IMG/VR virus record: IMGVR_UViG_3300035506_000159
Length of the DNA stretch: 64,000 bases
From: an uncultured virus (IMG/VR IMGVR_UViG_3300035506_000159)
Taxonomy: Duplodnaviria > Heunggongvirae > Uroviricota > Caudoviricetes
Strand: one strand, 5' to 3'
Position 1 is the first letter of the stretch, and each line of letters opens with the position of its first letter. A program made the translations under genes and the position numbers. Shown in pieces: positions 1 to 9,175 of the stretch. Below the pieces are notes generated by a model that had not been told where the DNA came from, made no database searches, and saw only the letters and a list, made by a program, of their open reading frames with translations.

Positions 1-212
1 GTCCAGTCCATAGCATAGTCACCATCAACAATATGAACACTAACCTTGGAGCGAGGAGTTCCAAAGCTTACGTAGCAATCCTTCCAGAAAAGTTCAGATG
101 CTTCCATGAGTTCAACAAGAATCAAAGAACAATGAGCAAGAGGGTCAGTGCTAGTAAAGAAACGATAACCACCATCAACAGCATCAAAGTCCTTGAAAAT
201 CTCAAGCTCCAT
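1..212 (-). CDS. hypothetical protein, runs off window
   Basis: Hand-translated MELEIFKDFDAVDGG..., GGAG SD and minus-strand TTGACC-N18-TATAAT upstream. Confidence 0.65.
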   Translation of the reverse strand, partial: MELEIFKDFDAVDGGYRFFTSTDPLAHCSLILVELMEASELFWKDCYVSFGTPRSKVSVHIVDGDYAMDW

Positions 213-294
213 GTTCACTCCAATCTCTCTATCACATCTTATAATAACATTATAACATGATATAGGCTCTGCGGTCAATAGTCCAAGAGTGTCT

Positions 295-516
295 CTACAA
301 TTCCTTCAAACCATGATTCCGCAAATACTCATTGAATATTTCTTTTTCTTTTTCTAATAATTCATATTTACGATGTTGCCTAGCTATAAATCTTTTTTCG
401 GCTATTCTAGAAATAAATAAAGTCACATAGAATATAGCTAGAAGTATAATATCTATATTAAATATAAGTCTAATATTTTCTATCAATTTTCCTCGCTCGC
501 TTAAAAAATTCTTCAC
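295..516 (-). CDS. hypothetical membrane protein
   Basis: ORF track, one hydrophobic stretch, abuts the upstream ORF. Confidence 0.5.
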   Translation of the reverse strand: MKNFLSERGKLIENIRLIFNIDIILLAIFYVTLFISRIAEKRFIARQHRKYELLEKEKEIFNEYLRNHGLKEL

Positions 517-517
517 G

Positions 518-667
518 TTATTGATTCAGAGAATAGTTTATCGGGTCCCAATCAGTCCAATCATCGATAGATGAAAAATCAGAAATGGCATATAGGTTAG
601 AAATAATACCTATCACCAATAGAATACCAATAATAATAACAACCAAGAGACACAGAATATCAAACAT
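518..667 (-). CDS. small single-TM protein (49 aa)
   Basis: Hand-translated MFDILCLLVVIIIGILLVIG..., AAGGAG SD. Confidence 0.6.
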   Translation of the reverse strand: MFDILCLLVVIIIGILLVIGIISNLYAISDFSSIDDWTDWDPINYSLNQ

Positions 668-724
668 ATATCTCCTTTGCGGAAAAAGGGTAGTACAGAT
701 ATTTCCGCACTACCCTTAAATTAA

Positions 725-1120
725 TTATTTTTTCAATTTTGGAACAATACCATGAACCCGCATAGAATCAAGATATTCATCTTCATCACCATCATAAATA
801 CCTTGCCATTCATTGAGTTCATAGGCAATATTTTCAGTTACATCAATATCGTCATCAATGTAATCATAGGCCATACCAGTAAGAACGCATGCCTTGAAAA
901 GAGAAAGCTCTTCATCAAGAATCATTTCCGCGTACTCAAAGAAATTATCCTTAAGACAAGGCTTGTCAGATTCAAGCTCCCCAAGCATGTAAATCCACTC
1001 TTCTTGGTTCTCAAACATCTTCCAATAAACGCGATGCATCAAATTATTAAGCCACTCTGCAGCATTGGTATCATCTTCAAAGTACTTGGCATAATCACGA
1101 TTGAAATTGCGGTCAGACAT
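725..1120 (-). CDS. acidic hypothetical protein
   Basis: ORF track; start moved to MSDRN after AAAGGAG. Confidence 0.75.
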   Translation of the reverse strand: MSDRNFNRDYAKYFEDDTNAAEWLNNLMHRVYWKMFENQEEWIYMLGELESDKPCLKDNFFEYAEMILDEELSLFKACVLTGMAYDYIDDDIDVTENIAYELNEWQGIYDGDEDEYLDSMRVHGIVPKLKK

Positions 1121-1130
1121 GTTATCTCCT

Positions 1131-1400
1131 TTACTCACTAAGAATTGATACACTCTTTACAGTTCCATCTTTTCCAGTTACATGAACGCTATAAACCCTA
1201 TCATTCCAATTCCTAGTAATGCGGAAACGAGTATAGGAAGAAGGCTCTTCGTAGAAAAGAATACCATCACGAAGCTTTACAACATCATCTTTCCGCGAAT
1301 CCTCATTGGAAGAGAAAAAACGAATATCAGCATCAATATAACCAATCATAGAATTAATAACATCATTGATTGAAACATCTTCCGAGAACCTATAATACAT
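1131..1400 (-). CDS. hypothetical protein
   Basis: ORF track; start at MYYRF after AGGAG. Confidence 0.65.
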   Translation of the reverse strand: MYYRFSEDVSINDVINSMIGYIDADIRFFSSNEDSRKDDVVKLRDGILFYEEPSSYTRFRITRNWNDRVYSVHVTGKDGTVKSVSILSE

Positions 1401-1486
1401 GCAATCTCCTATCACTTTTATTTTGTAATTATATTATAACACTAAAATAAACCAATAGTCAATGTACAAGTAATTATCTATATTTT

Positions 1487-1657
1487 CTACATACTTGCGT
1501 AAAGTAGTTCAATCTTTTTATAAATATGAAAAGCTTCACCGTATTCAGCAGTTAGAATCTTAATATCTTCATCATTATCTGCTTCATTGATTTCATCTTC
1601 AAGTTCAATGAGTCTATCTTCAATCATTCCTAAAAGTAACTGCTGATATACATCCAT
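1487..1657 (-). CDS. small acidic hypothetical protein
   Basis: Start at MDVYQQ after AAGGAG; own TTGACA/TATAAT promoter. Confidence 0.65.
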   Translation of the reverse strand: MDVYQQLLLGMIEDRLIELEDEINEADNDEDIKILTAEYGEAFHIYKKIELLYASM

Positions 1658-1735
1658 TGAAAACTCCTTTCTATAGGCTACATTAATATAATTATAACAA
1701 TAGCTATAGGAGTTTGTCAATACAATATCAATAAT

Positions 1736-2029
1736 TTAACAAACTAATTCTATATTCTTACAATCAATTGGTACAATTTCTCCTTCAGGAAGACCAAACA
1801 TTTGTACATCACAAGAATAGATTTCTGTATCATCACCATAACCATAGTTATAAAAATTCATAGCATCTTCTTTAGAAGTATAAAATTCACAATGTTTATA
1901 GAATGATTGGTCACATAAGTCTCCACGTTTATAGATAGGACTCTTAATCCATTTTTCAATTTCATATAAATAATCTACATCATCTATATTACCAATAGCA
2001 AAATAGAGTTTCATGTTATAATCAATCAA
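1736..2029 (-). CDS. hypothetical protein
   Basis: ORF track, AAGGAGAGG SD. Confidence 0.7.
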   Translation of the reverse strand: MIDYNMKLYFAIGNIDDVDYLYEIEKWIKSPIYKRGDLCDQSFYKHCEFYTSKEDAMNFYNYGYGDDTEIYSCDVQMFGLPEGEIVPIDCKNIELVC

Positions 2030-2341
2030 TTATAATCCTCTCCTTAATACAAATTCAACAATTACACTATAATATTATTTTCCGCATTTGTCAATAGATA
2101 TTTTTTCTCTATACTATTGGTCAAAAAAATATATTGACATATAATAATATAATATATATATAATATAAATATATAAAAGAAAAATGTTAGAAAAGAAAAA
2201 AATAAAAAAGAAAAGAAACCAAAAAGAAAATGAGATATTGCGGCCTCAGCTCTTGTATTTGCAATAGCGAAATTTTTCTTGACAAAATATTTTTATTGTG
2301 TTATGATTGATTCATCAAACAAATTCAACGAAAGGTGTTCA

Positions 2342-2593
2342 ATGATTTATCAGCTTCAGGTCGAACGTGAACGTATGCATCTGTCCCTCGAAGATGTTGC
2401 TGAAAAGTGCGGCATTGATGCAGAAACTCTATCTTATTATGAGCATTTCCCTTGGGCTGTTCCAACAGATATTCTCCGCAAGCTTAGTAAGATTTATGCA
2501 GTATCTCCATATGGTCTTGTTGGAAATATCGCAGAATTTGATTGGGTAAATGATTTGAAGAAACAATATAGGCTTGCAAAGCGACTTGACTAG
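2342..2593 (+). CDS. XRE-family helix-turn-helix protein
   Basis: RERMHLSLEDVAEKCGIDAETLSYYE HTH pattern; SD GAAAGG. Confidence 0.8.
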   Translation: MIYQLQVERERMHLSLEDVAEKCGIDAETLSYYEHFPWAVPTDILRKLSKIYAVSPYGLVGNIAEFDWVNDLKKQYRLAKRLD

Positions 2594-2641
2594 TGTTCTA
2601 TTTTTATGCTATAATATCTATATAGATAGTTAGGAGATAGC

Positions 2642-2974
2642 ATGATTAAGTACATCAAAGTTAACAATATTTCTAAGCCAAATGCGGAATATCGTTCTGT
2701 CAAATATATTATCGAAATTCACAATCACAATGGCCACGTTATGTATTCTAATCTTGAAACTATGGAATACAACAATGATTTTGATTATGTTGCGGGACAT
2801 CGTTATTATAACAATTTTAATGAATGTATCGCAGATTGCCGCAAACTTGTTGCTCATTATCCTGAAATTAAGTGTACTATTAATATGATTAAATATCTCC
2901 GTCAGTATCATTATGATGATATTGCTCGTGTTAAGCCTTCTCATAGTGTGATTGGAGTTGTATATGCGGATTAA
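2642..2974 (+). CDS. hypothetical protein
   Basis: ORF track, AGGAG SD. Confidence 0.7.
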   Translation: MIKYIKVNNISKPNAEYRSVKYIIEIHNHNGHVMYSNLETMEYNNDFDYVAGHRYYNNFNECIADCRKLVAHYPEIKCTINMIKYLRQYHYDDIARVKPSHSVIGVVYAD

Positions 2975-3290
2975 AAAGTGGGTAGTTCTTGACCGTCCAT
3001 ATGTTAAGATGGAGTTTAATCCTCCGCACTACATTCAAGATTGTAATATTCTTGCTATTGGTGACAGTCCAAGAGATACAATGTCTATTTATAAAGATAA
3101 ATGGCCTGAAGATAGGTTCATTTATGAAGCATCTATAGACGATAGGTATCTAACTGACGGTATTATTCAATTTTATGAAATTGATACTGCTCACTGTTGG
3201 TATGTAGGTGAAAATCCGCAAATTGCCCTGCATGGTCTGAAAGAAGGAGAAAAAGTTAATGGATATGACTGGGAATATGTTCGGCCATGA
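2964..3290 (+). CDS. hypothetical protein
   Basis: ORF track, start at MRIKK after GGAG; overlapping operon. Confidence 0.65.
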   Translation: MRIKKWVVLDRPYVKMEFNPPHYIQDCNILAIGDSPRDTMSIYKDKWPEDRFIYEASIDDRYLTDGIIQFYEIDTAHCWYVGENPQIALHGLKEGEKVNGYDWEYVRP

Positions 3291-3705
3291 TAACTTTCTG
3301 ATTGATTTTGAGCGTCATGGAAATGTGGTGCGTTTCTATTTTGGAAATAATCATGACTATACTGGAGACGATTGGAACGACCTATGGTATGAAAATAATG
3401 CGGGTCGAGTTTATAAAGAGTATATTACTGGATATATAGATGTTGCATTTAGTCTTGATTGGCATGTATATGAACCCGGAGATTCTGACGCTGTAAATGC
3501 ATGGGCTAAAAATGATATGAAGGATGAAATGGTACCTTGTATTTCTATAGTTCCTGCTGAAAAAGATAGCTGGCATGAAGATTTTATTCATGCGGTATTC
3601 AATTTTAAGTCTATAAATATTTATTTTAATATGCCATATGATGTACTAGATTGTATTATCGATGAACATCATGGCCTTACTGTAATTGGAGGTAGCATTG
3701 TCTGA
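3259..3705 (+). CDS. hypothetical phage protein
   Basis: ORF track, AGGAG SD, YTGDDWND motif. Confidence 0.7.
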   Translation: MDMTGNMFGHDNFLIDFERHGNVVRFYFGNNHDYTGDDWNDLWYENNAGRVYKEYITGYIDVAFSLDWHVYEPGDSDAVNAWAKNDMKDEMVPCISIVPAEKDSWHEDFIHAVFNFKSINIYFNMPYDVLDCIIDEHHGLTVIGGSIV

Positions 3706-4057
3706 CGAAAAGGTTGAACTTGTTGCATTTTATAAGAAGGAACTAGATTCTGCTATGGAACTATTTTCTCAAGTAGTTACAAAAGAAGTAGCCAATATGA
3801 CAAATGAGACAGCCAATCAGGTTGCCGCAAAGATTTTTGGCTACTATAGGATGATTTCTAGTACTCTTGGATACTATGTACAAAATGCTATGTATCGATT
3901 TGAGCTAGAAGATATTACTCTCGTGGAAATCAATGAGCTAATCCAGTTAATCGAGCAAACACGAGTATCTCTAACTAATTCTTATCTTGGACTCTTTGAT
4001 ACAGGAGAACAGGAGGAGCCAGAGGAAGAAGATGAAGTGGCAAGTGATTCCGAGTAG
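3698..4057 (+). CDS. hypothetical helical protein, acidic tail
   Basis: TTG start after GGAGG. Confidence 0.65.
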   Translation: MSDEKVELVAFYKKELDSAMELFSQVVTKEVANMTNETANQVAAKIFGYYRMISSTLGYYVQNAMYRFELEDITLVEINELIQLIEQTRVSLTNSYLGLFDTGEQEEPEEEDEVASDSE

Positions 4058-4262
4058 AGTTGATATTATCAATCGACTTCTTCAAATTGAAGATTATGTT
4101 GGTGTAGATGAATTTCTACATAATTTTGTATATAAATATCTTTCTATAGATGAATTGATGCTATTGGCAAACTGGAGTGCCACTGACCTAGATATATATT
4201 TCACAGATGACGGAGTTCTTAAAGAACAGATGGGAGACTATATAGACTATGACACAAAGTAA
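4032..4262 (+). CDS. hypothetical protein
   Basis: ORF track, start at MKWQV. Confidence 0.6.
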   Translation: MKWQVIPSRVDIINRLLQIEDYVGVDEFLHNFVYKYLSIDELMLLANWSATDLDIYFTDDGVLKEQMGDYIDYDTK

Positions 4263-4803
4263 ATGGATTCCAGTATATTCCAATGGTGAAGAGATTCAGG
4301 TTGGAGATACTGTTTATATAGACAATCTTGATAAAACTTTTAAGATTACTGCAATTAATATGTATTGCGGTTATCAGGGTAATATTGCTCTAACTCTTTA
4401 TAATAATTCCAAGAGTATCTATACAAATTCAAATGGTAGGCTTGACAAATATGAACCAAAGCCAGACACAGTAGAAGCAGTATATGAAGACGCGGAATTG
4501 ACTCCGACTGAATATTATGCGAAGTATAGCGATGGAACTGATATAGATGGTTCTAATAGTACATATTGTGAATATATGGCTAAGCATCTACTTCATCGAC
4601 TTGAACGTATTCTAGCAGATAATTCGACTCTTATTATTGATGATTCTGATAACATTAAAGTTGAACTTGAACCTTCTGATAACTCTCAAGTTGAGGTTGA
4701 AAGTTTTAAAGAAGATAATGATATAGAAGTAATCGATGATTCTAAAGACGCTCCAAGTACAAATGTTTGGGATGATATTTATAGGACTTTTTCACTTTTT
4801 TAA
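4249..4803 (+). CDS. hypothetical protein
   Basis: ORF track, GGGAG SD. Confidence 0.7.
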   Translation: MTQSKWIPVYSNGEEIQVGDTVYIDNLDKTFKITAINMYCGYQGNIALTLYNNSKSIYTNSNGRLDKYEPKPDTVEAVYEDAELTPTEYYAKYSDGTDIDGSNSTYCEYMAKHLLHRLERILADNSTLIIDDSDNIKVELEPSDNSQVEVESFKEDNDIEVIDDSKDAPSTNVWDDIYRTFSLF

Positions 4804-4821
4804 AATTTAAAGAAATAATAG

Positions 4822-4866
4822 AGAGCTAATTGTCAATTGACAGTTGGCTCTTTTTTATTATATAAT
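4822..4866 (+). promoter_or_regulatory. intrinsic terminator overlapping a sigma-A promoter
   Basis: AGAGCTAATTGTCA/TGACAGTTGGCTCT hairpin plus T-run; TTGACA 4837, TATAAT 4861. Confidence 0.75.
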
Positions 4867-4909
4867 ATATATAGAAAGTGAAGGCAACACCAAACCAAAA
4901 GGAGCTAGG

Positions 4910-5221
4910 ATGGTTGATATTAAGAAGATTTCCAACGAGGAAATTGAAGCTTGGTTCGATGCTCAACAGGCTTCTCTTGACTATTATCTTAAGAATGATG
5001 CGGGATGGGATAGCAAGTTCGTTTATTCCAAGGCAAATAAGATTCGTCATCAGATGCAGGGCGCGATGCACATTCTTAGTGACCTTTTTAATATTGAAAT
5101 GGTACATGACCAGCCTGGTTGCCGCGACAAGTGGGCAGTCCTTACTCCTGACCTTGAAGATTTCATTGAAGATTATTATTATGAAATGAAAATGGATGCC
5201 GAGGGCGAGGAGGATTATTAA
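4910..5221 (+). CDS. hypothetical protein
   Basis: Start at MVDIK after AAGGAG. Confidence 0.75.
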   Translation: MVDIKKISNEEIEAWFDAQQASLDYYLKNDAGWDSKFVYSKANKIRHQMQGAMHILSDLFNIEMVHDQPGCRDKWAVLTPDLEDFIEDYYYEMKMDAEGEEDY

Positions 5222-5454
5222 TGAATACTATTCGCAAGATTGAGAATTATCTTAATAATCTTGAAAGCTTTAGTTTGTTTGCGGACCAATTTCCCACTGA
5301 CCCATATTGGGCTGAGAAGAAAAGTAATGTCCGCAAGGAAGAGCGTAGTATTCTTGATTTTCTTGTTGCTATTGGTGTAGAACCGCATAAAGACTTGAAT
5401 GGTTCTTGGAAAGTGGCTGGTGATTGTCTTGTAACAGATGAATTTGAGTTTTAA
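5221..5454 (+). CDS. hypothetical protein
   Basis: TAATG-coupled to the previous ORF. Confidence 0.7.
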   Translation: MNTIRKIENYLNNLESFSLFADQFPTDPYWAEKKSNVRKEERSILDFLVAIGVEPHKDLNGSWKVAGDCLVTDEFEF

Positions 5455-5465
5455 ACTGGAGGACT

Positions 5466-5714
5466 ATGGTTGAATTTTTATTTTTAGCAGCTAAGGTTCT
5501 GGGGATGATGTGCGTATCAATTATTGTAATCACACTAGTCATAGCCTTTATAGGCTTGGCTGTGTGGTTACTTGATATTATCTTCTCTAAAATTCCTTGG
5601 CCGCTTGATGATGACGATGATTATTTTTATGTCTATGTAGATGATGAAGATGACCTCGAAGAACTTCTGAGTCAGTTGGATGATGAATTTGATGATGAAG
5701 ATGGAGAGGAATAA
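5466..5714 (+). CDS. membrane protein with very acidic tail
   Basis: Long hydrophobic N-terminus, D/E-rich C-terminus, GGAGG SD. Confidence 0.7.
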   Translation: MVEFLFLAAKVLGMMCVSIIVITLVIAFIGLAVWLLDIIFSKIPWPLDDDDDYFYVYVDDEDDLEELLSQLDDEFDDEDGEE

Positions 5715-5716
5715 CT

Positions 5717-5878
5717 GTGCCTAATATAGGAACTATGATTGTCGAAGGTATATTTACTGTTATCATTTTTCTAATCTTCATAGGCTTTATTGCAATGTGT
5801 TTAGGTATCATTGCTTTTCTAATTAAAAAAGTATATGACTGGCTAGATTCAAAGATTGGAGATATTTTTCATGACTGA
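5717..5878 (+). CDS. small TM protein (53 aa)
   Basis: Hand-translated MPNIGTMIVEGIFTVIIFLIFIGFIAMCLG... Confidence 0.55.
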   Translation: MPNIGTMIVEGIFTVIIFLIFIGFIAMCLGIIAFLIKKVYDWLDSKIGDIFHD

Positions 5879-5957
5879 ACCTGGGCAGATTGTCGCTATT
5901 CTCATTATGAGTTGGGCATTTTATAAACTATTTGAATTGGAAGATAGAAGCTTATGA
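5871..5957 (+). CDS. small TM peptide (28 aa)
   Basis: MTEPGQIVAILIMSWAFY..., GGAG SD, overlaps neighbours. Confidence 0.4.
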   Translation: MTEPGQIVAILIMSWAFYKLFELEDRSL

Positions 5958-6091
5958 ACATGTTCTTTTATATACTTGGAGGGATAGTATTACTTCCTGT
6001 TGTAGGAGTATTTATTGCTGCTATTATAGGTGTTGCTTTCATTATTTCCGCATGTACATATGATATTTTAAAAGAATACTTCTCTAAATAA
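5954..6091 (+). CDS. small TM protein (45 aa)
   Basis: MNMFFYILGGIVLLPVVGVFIAAIIGVAFII..., ATGA overlap. Confidence 0.5.
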   Translation: MNMFFYILGGIVLLPVVGVFIAAIIGVAFIISACTYDILKEYFSK

Positions 6092-6181
6092 TTTGAAGAA
6101 AATATATTGAGAATCATTATTCTTGACTATTGGACTTATTTTATGATATACTATATATAGTCCAAAAGGAAAGGAAGAAAT

Positions 6182-6472
6182 ATGATTACTATTGCTCGTG
6201 ATTCTCTTGAAGAAATGATTTCTAACTTTGCTAGCGTTTATAACAAGCACGCTTTGAGTGGTAAACTTAGCGGAAATTATAAAGAAGCAGCTAATTCGTT
6301 TGGGGCAATTGAAGATACTATGGCTTCTATTGGTATTCATCTTAATTATTCTCTCGTTGATTGGTTTGTTGATAAGGCAAATGGGGAGAGGATTCTTCCT
6401 GAGTTTCATTATATTACAAAAGAAAACTTCTATATTGATAACAATGTTATTGAGTATATTGATATTTGTTAA
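6182..6472 (+). CDS. hypothetical protein
   Basis: ORF track, own promoter and SD. Confidence 0.7.
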   Translation: MITIARDSLEEMISNFASVYNKHALSGKLSGNYKEAANSFGAIEDTMASIGIHLNYSLVDWFVDKANGERILPEFHYITKENFYIDNNVIEYIDIC

Positions 6473-6483
6473 AGAAATTATAG

Positions 6484-6528
6484 AGCCTGGCATGTCATTT
6501 GACGGCCAGGCTTTTTTTATGCTATAAT
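6484..6528 (+). promoter_or_regulatory. terminator overlapping the ruvB promoter
   Basis: AGCCTGGC..TGTCA-TT-TGAC..GCCAGGCT plus T-run; TTGACG 6499, TG-TATAAT 6523. Confidence 0.7.
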
Positions 6529-6566
6529 ATATTTAGTAAGTGAGTGAAACAGATAGGAGTAATTAG

Positions 6567-7508
6567 ATGCAGCAGACCGAAGAGAAGTCCTTTCGCCCGC
6601 AGTATCTTAAAGATTATCAGGGCCAAGAGAAGGTTAAGAAGCTGATTACTGTTTATATTCAGGCAGCTAAGCGTCGTGGCGAAACTCTTGACCATGTTCT
6701 TATTACTGGTCCTTCTGGCGGTGGTAAGTCTACACTTGCGGGAATTATTGCAAATGAAATGGGTGGAAACCTTATTGCATTTTCTGCCATGACCCTTAAG
6801 AAGAAAGATGATATGTATAATATGTTCTCTCAAATTGAAGAGAATACTATTATCATGCTTGACGAAGTTCAGGCTCTTCCTAAGAAGCTTCAAGAAATGC
6901 TTTATACTGCTATGGAAAATTATTACTACGATTATGTTTCTGATGAAATTTATTCTGAACGTATCCAGATTCCGCACTTTACTCTTATAGGTATTACTAA
7001 TGAGACTGGTGGACTCACTGAACCTTTTAAGAATAGGTTTCCTATCAATATTATTCTGAATCCTTACAACACTACTGAAATGGGTAAGATTGCCAAGCAG
7101 AGCTGTGCTAAATTGGAAATGAATATTTCTGATGAAGCTGCGGAGCTGATTGGTCAGGCATCGAGGGGAGTTCCACGTGTATGTAATGGTCTTCTGCGTC
7201 GTGTTGCTGATTTTGGTCTTCTGTTCAATGATGGTTATCTGGATGTAAAAACTGTTGAAGAAGCTTTCGATATGATGGATATTAATAAATATGGTCTTAA
7301 TAACCAAGATATGGCATATATGAATCTTCTTCATAATGCTCACAAAGCTCTTGGTATTGATACCATTTCTATGTCTATCAACATTGATAGAAAAACTGTA
7401 GAGAACACTATTGAGCCTTATCTATTCCAGAAAGGGTATGTGTTTAAAACTCCTCGTGGTCGTGTACTCACAGAGCTTGGCCGCAATATTATTAACAATA
7501 ATCTCTAA
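6567..7508 (+). CDS. ruvB: Holliday junction branch migration ATPase RuvB
   Basis: FRPQYL..Y.GQ, LDHVL, Walker A GPSGGGKS, SRGVPR, IEPYL...G...KTPRGR. Confidence 0.95.
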   Translation: MQQTEEKSFRPQYLKDYQGQEKVKKLITVYIQAAKRRGETLDHVLITGPSGGGKSTLAGIIANEMGGNLIAFSAMTLKKKDDMYNMFSQIEENTIIMLDEVQALPKKLQEMLYTAMENYYYDYVSDEIYSERIQIPHFTLIGITNETGGLTEPFKNRFPINIILNPYNTTEMGKIAKQSCAKLEMNISDEAAELIGQASRGVPRVCNGLLRRVADFGLLFNDGYLDVKTVEEAFDMMDINKYGLNNQDMAYMNLLHNAHKALGIDTISMSINIDRKTVENTIEPYLFQKGYVFKTPRGRVLTELGRNIINNNL

Positions 7509-7521
7509 ATTAAAATTTTTA

Positions 7522-7550
7522 TTGACAAAATAAAATTTATATTATATAAT
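7522..7550 (+). promoter_or_regulatory. sigma-A promoter for candidate sRNA-A
   Basis: TTGACA-N17-TATAAT. Confidence 0.8.
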
Positions 7551-7557
7551 ATTATTC

Positions 7558-7671
7558 AGTTAGTAAGAGTAATTAAACTACCTATTTTTAATATGACTTA
7601 AGGGGATTCATATTAAAGACAAGTCTACTAAGGGGATGGAATGACTAAAGTTACTCTTACTAACTTTTTTT
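7558..7671 (+). ncRNA. candidate structured sRNA-A (two UAAGGGGAU loops)
   Basis: 15-bp closing stem 7558-7572/7651-7665, U-tail, two inner hairpins each carrying TAAGGGGAT. Confidence 0.6.
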
Positions 7672-7686
7672 ATTTTTGGAGGTAAG

Positions 7687-7944
7687 ATGAAAAAGAATTG
7701 TGGAAGCTGTAAATATCTTGGCATTAACTATGACATTAATAAGCCATATGCATATTGTACTTTTAGCTATACTGTTTATAATCTTCCAATAGAGAAATGT
7801 AAAATTAATATTCTAAATAATATGGATTGTCAAGGAGCATTTTATCAGCAACGATGCTGTCTATCTCAATATATGGAATATATTTTCAATTATTCTTGGA
7901 ATCTTCAAGATATTGTAGATAGTATTATCGATAGTCAATGTTAG
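7687..7944 (+). CDS. Cys-rich hypothetical protein
   Basis: CxxC at N-terminus, GGAGG SD. Confidence 0.65.
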   Translation: MKKNCGSCKYLGINYDINKPYAYCTFSYTVYNLPIEKCKINILNNMDCQGAFYQQRCCLSQYMEYIFNYSWNLQDIVDSIIDSQC

Positions 7945-7953
7945 GAGAATACA

Positions 7954-8205
7954 ATGAAAATGGAAAATGTGCGGCATTGTCCTTTCTGCAACTCTCATGA
8001 AATTTATTCTAGTGTTCTTGTAACTGATAAAGTACAAGGTATTCTTGCTTGTAATGATTGTGGAGTTGGCTGGAATCTTACTTATAGTTTTAGCAATCTT
8101 ATCTTTTATAATGTTGATGTACAAGATAAAGACCATCTAATTACAAATTATAAAGAAACTATGCGGCAGCATCTTGTTGACATGTGGAATACTCGATATG
8201 AATAA
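7954..8205 (+). CDS. Lar-family (restriction alleviation-like) zinc-ribbon protein
   Basis: CPFC...CxxCG...WNTR signature. Confidence 0.7.
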   Translation: MKMENVRHCPFCNSHEIYSSVLVTDKVQGILACNDCGVGWNLTYSFSNLIFYNVDVQDKDHLITNYKETMRQHLVDMWNTRYE

Positions 8206-8332
8206 TAGTAAAATTAGTGGACAATTTTAAGAAAAAGTTCAGCTATAAAAATCATATAATATAACGGGGAATAATATAAATTGAAATTGTGCGGGTTTCA
8301 TATTTCTATATACTTATTAAGGAGATGTTTTT

Positions 8333-8539
8333 ATGTCACCAACATGTTTCTCTTGCGCACATTCGTATATAGATTCTGAGACTAAAGAACTTGGTTGCCG
8401 CAAATCTAAAGAATGTTCACGCACTAATCGTTGCTCAAAATATGAATCATTTTTTACCGCTTTGAATAATAAAATTATTCAACAAATGGATGAATGGGTA
8501 CATCACGATAGTACTAAGTATGACAATTTTGCATATTAG
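8333..8539 (+). CDS. Cys-rich hypothetical protein
   Basis: ORF track, AAGGAG SD. Confidence 0.65.
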   Translation: MSPTCFSCAHSYIDSETKELGCRKSKECSRTNRCSKYESFFTALNNKIIQQMDEWVHHDSTKYDNFAY

Positions 8540-8549
8540 GAGGTTTTAC

Positions 8550-8660
8550 ATGCAAATACTCTTCGCAGTCATGGCCTTTTTGTGGAGTATAGGCATGATT
8601 TTTATAATTATTTCTGTTATTTGGATTATTAGATGGCTTTGGATAAAGCTATTTAAATAA
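8550..8660 (+). CDS. small TM peptide (36 aa)
   Basis: MQILFAVMAFLWSIGMIFIIISVIW..., AGGAGG SD. Confidence 0.6.
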   Translation: MQILFAVMAFLWSIGMIFIIISVIWIIRWLWIKLFK

Positions 8661-8755
8661 TTTTGAAGAAAATATTGTTGATATACTTTCAATTGACAAT
8701 AGATAAGAATATATGTTATAATATATTTATAAGCAAGATAGAGAAAGGAACATCA

Positions 8756-8944
8756 ATGACAATGGAAGATGTTATTCTCAATGGAGAATATTCTAGTAAT
8801 TTCATTTCTGATTTTGATCTTTTCTATATTGATGAAGATAATGAATATCATTGGATTAATAAAGTTGGAAATTGTTATGAACTTTATGCTGACGCTCCAA
8901 TAGTAGAATTTGATGCTTCTGTAAAAATGATTGTCATTGAGTAG
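8756..8944 (+). CDS. hypothetical protein
   Basis: Start at MTMED after AAAGGA; promoter at 8693. Confidence 0.6.
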   Translation: MTMEDVILNGEYSSNFISDFDLFYIDEDNEYHWINKVGNCYELYADAPIVEFDASVKMIVIE

Positions 8945-8952
8945 GAGAAATA

Positions 8953-9132
8953 ATGAACGAGTTTAAGATTGGTGATTTTGCTCTCTATTCTGATAAACTC
9001 GGTTATACTGCTAAAGTAGTTGTTATTGAATATATTGATGATAATTATATTAGCTTTTATAATCTTGAAGATGAATCAGATTATGATATTGTTTCTCTAT
9101 CAACGTTTCTTGAGTGTGCGACTCTTTATTAA
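8953..9132 (+). CDS. hypothetical protein (59 aa)
   Basis: MNEFKIGDF..., AGGAG SD. Confidence 0.6.
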   Translation: MNEFKIGDFALYSDKLGYTAKVVVIEYIDDNYISFYNLEDESDYDIVSLSTFLECATLY

Positions 9133-9136
9133 AATG

Positions 9137-9175
9137 AATAAAGCCTATACAATTAATTTTGTATAGGCTTTTTAT
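9137..9175. terminator. bidirectional intrinsic terminator
   Basis: AAAGCCTATACAA/TTGTATAGGCTTT between convergent genes. Confidence 0.75.
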
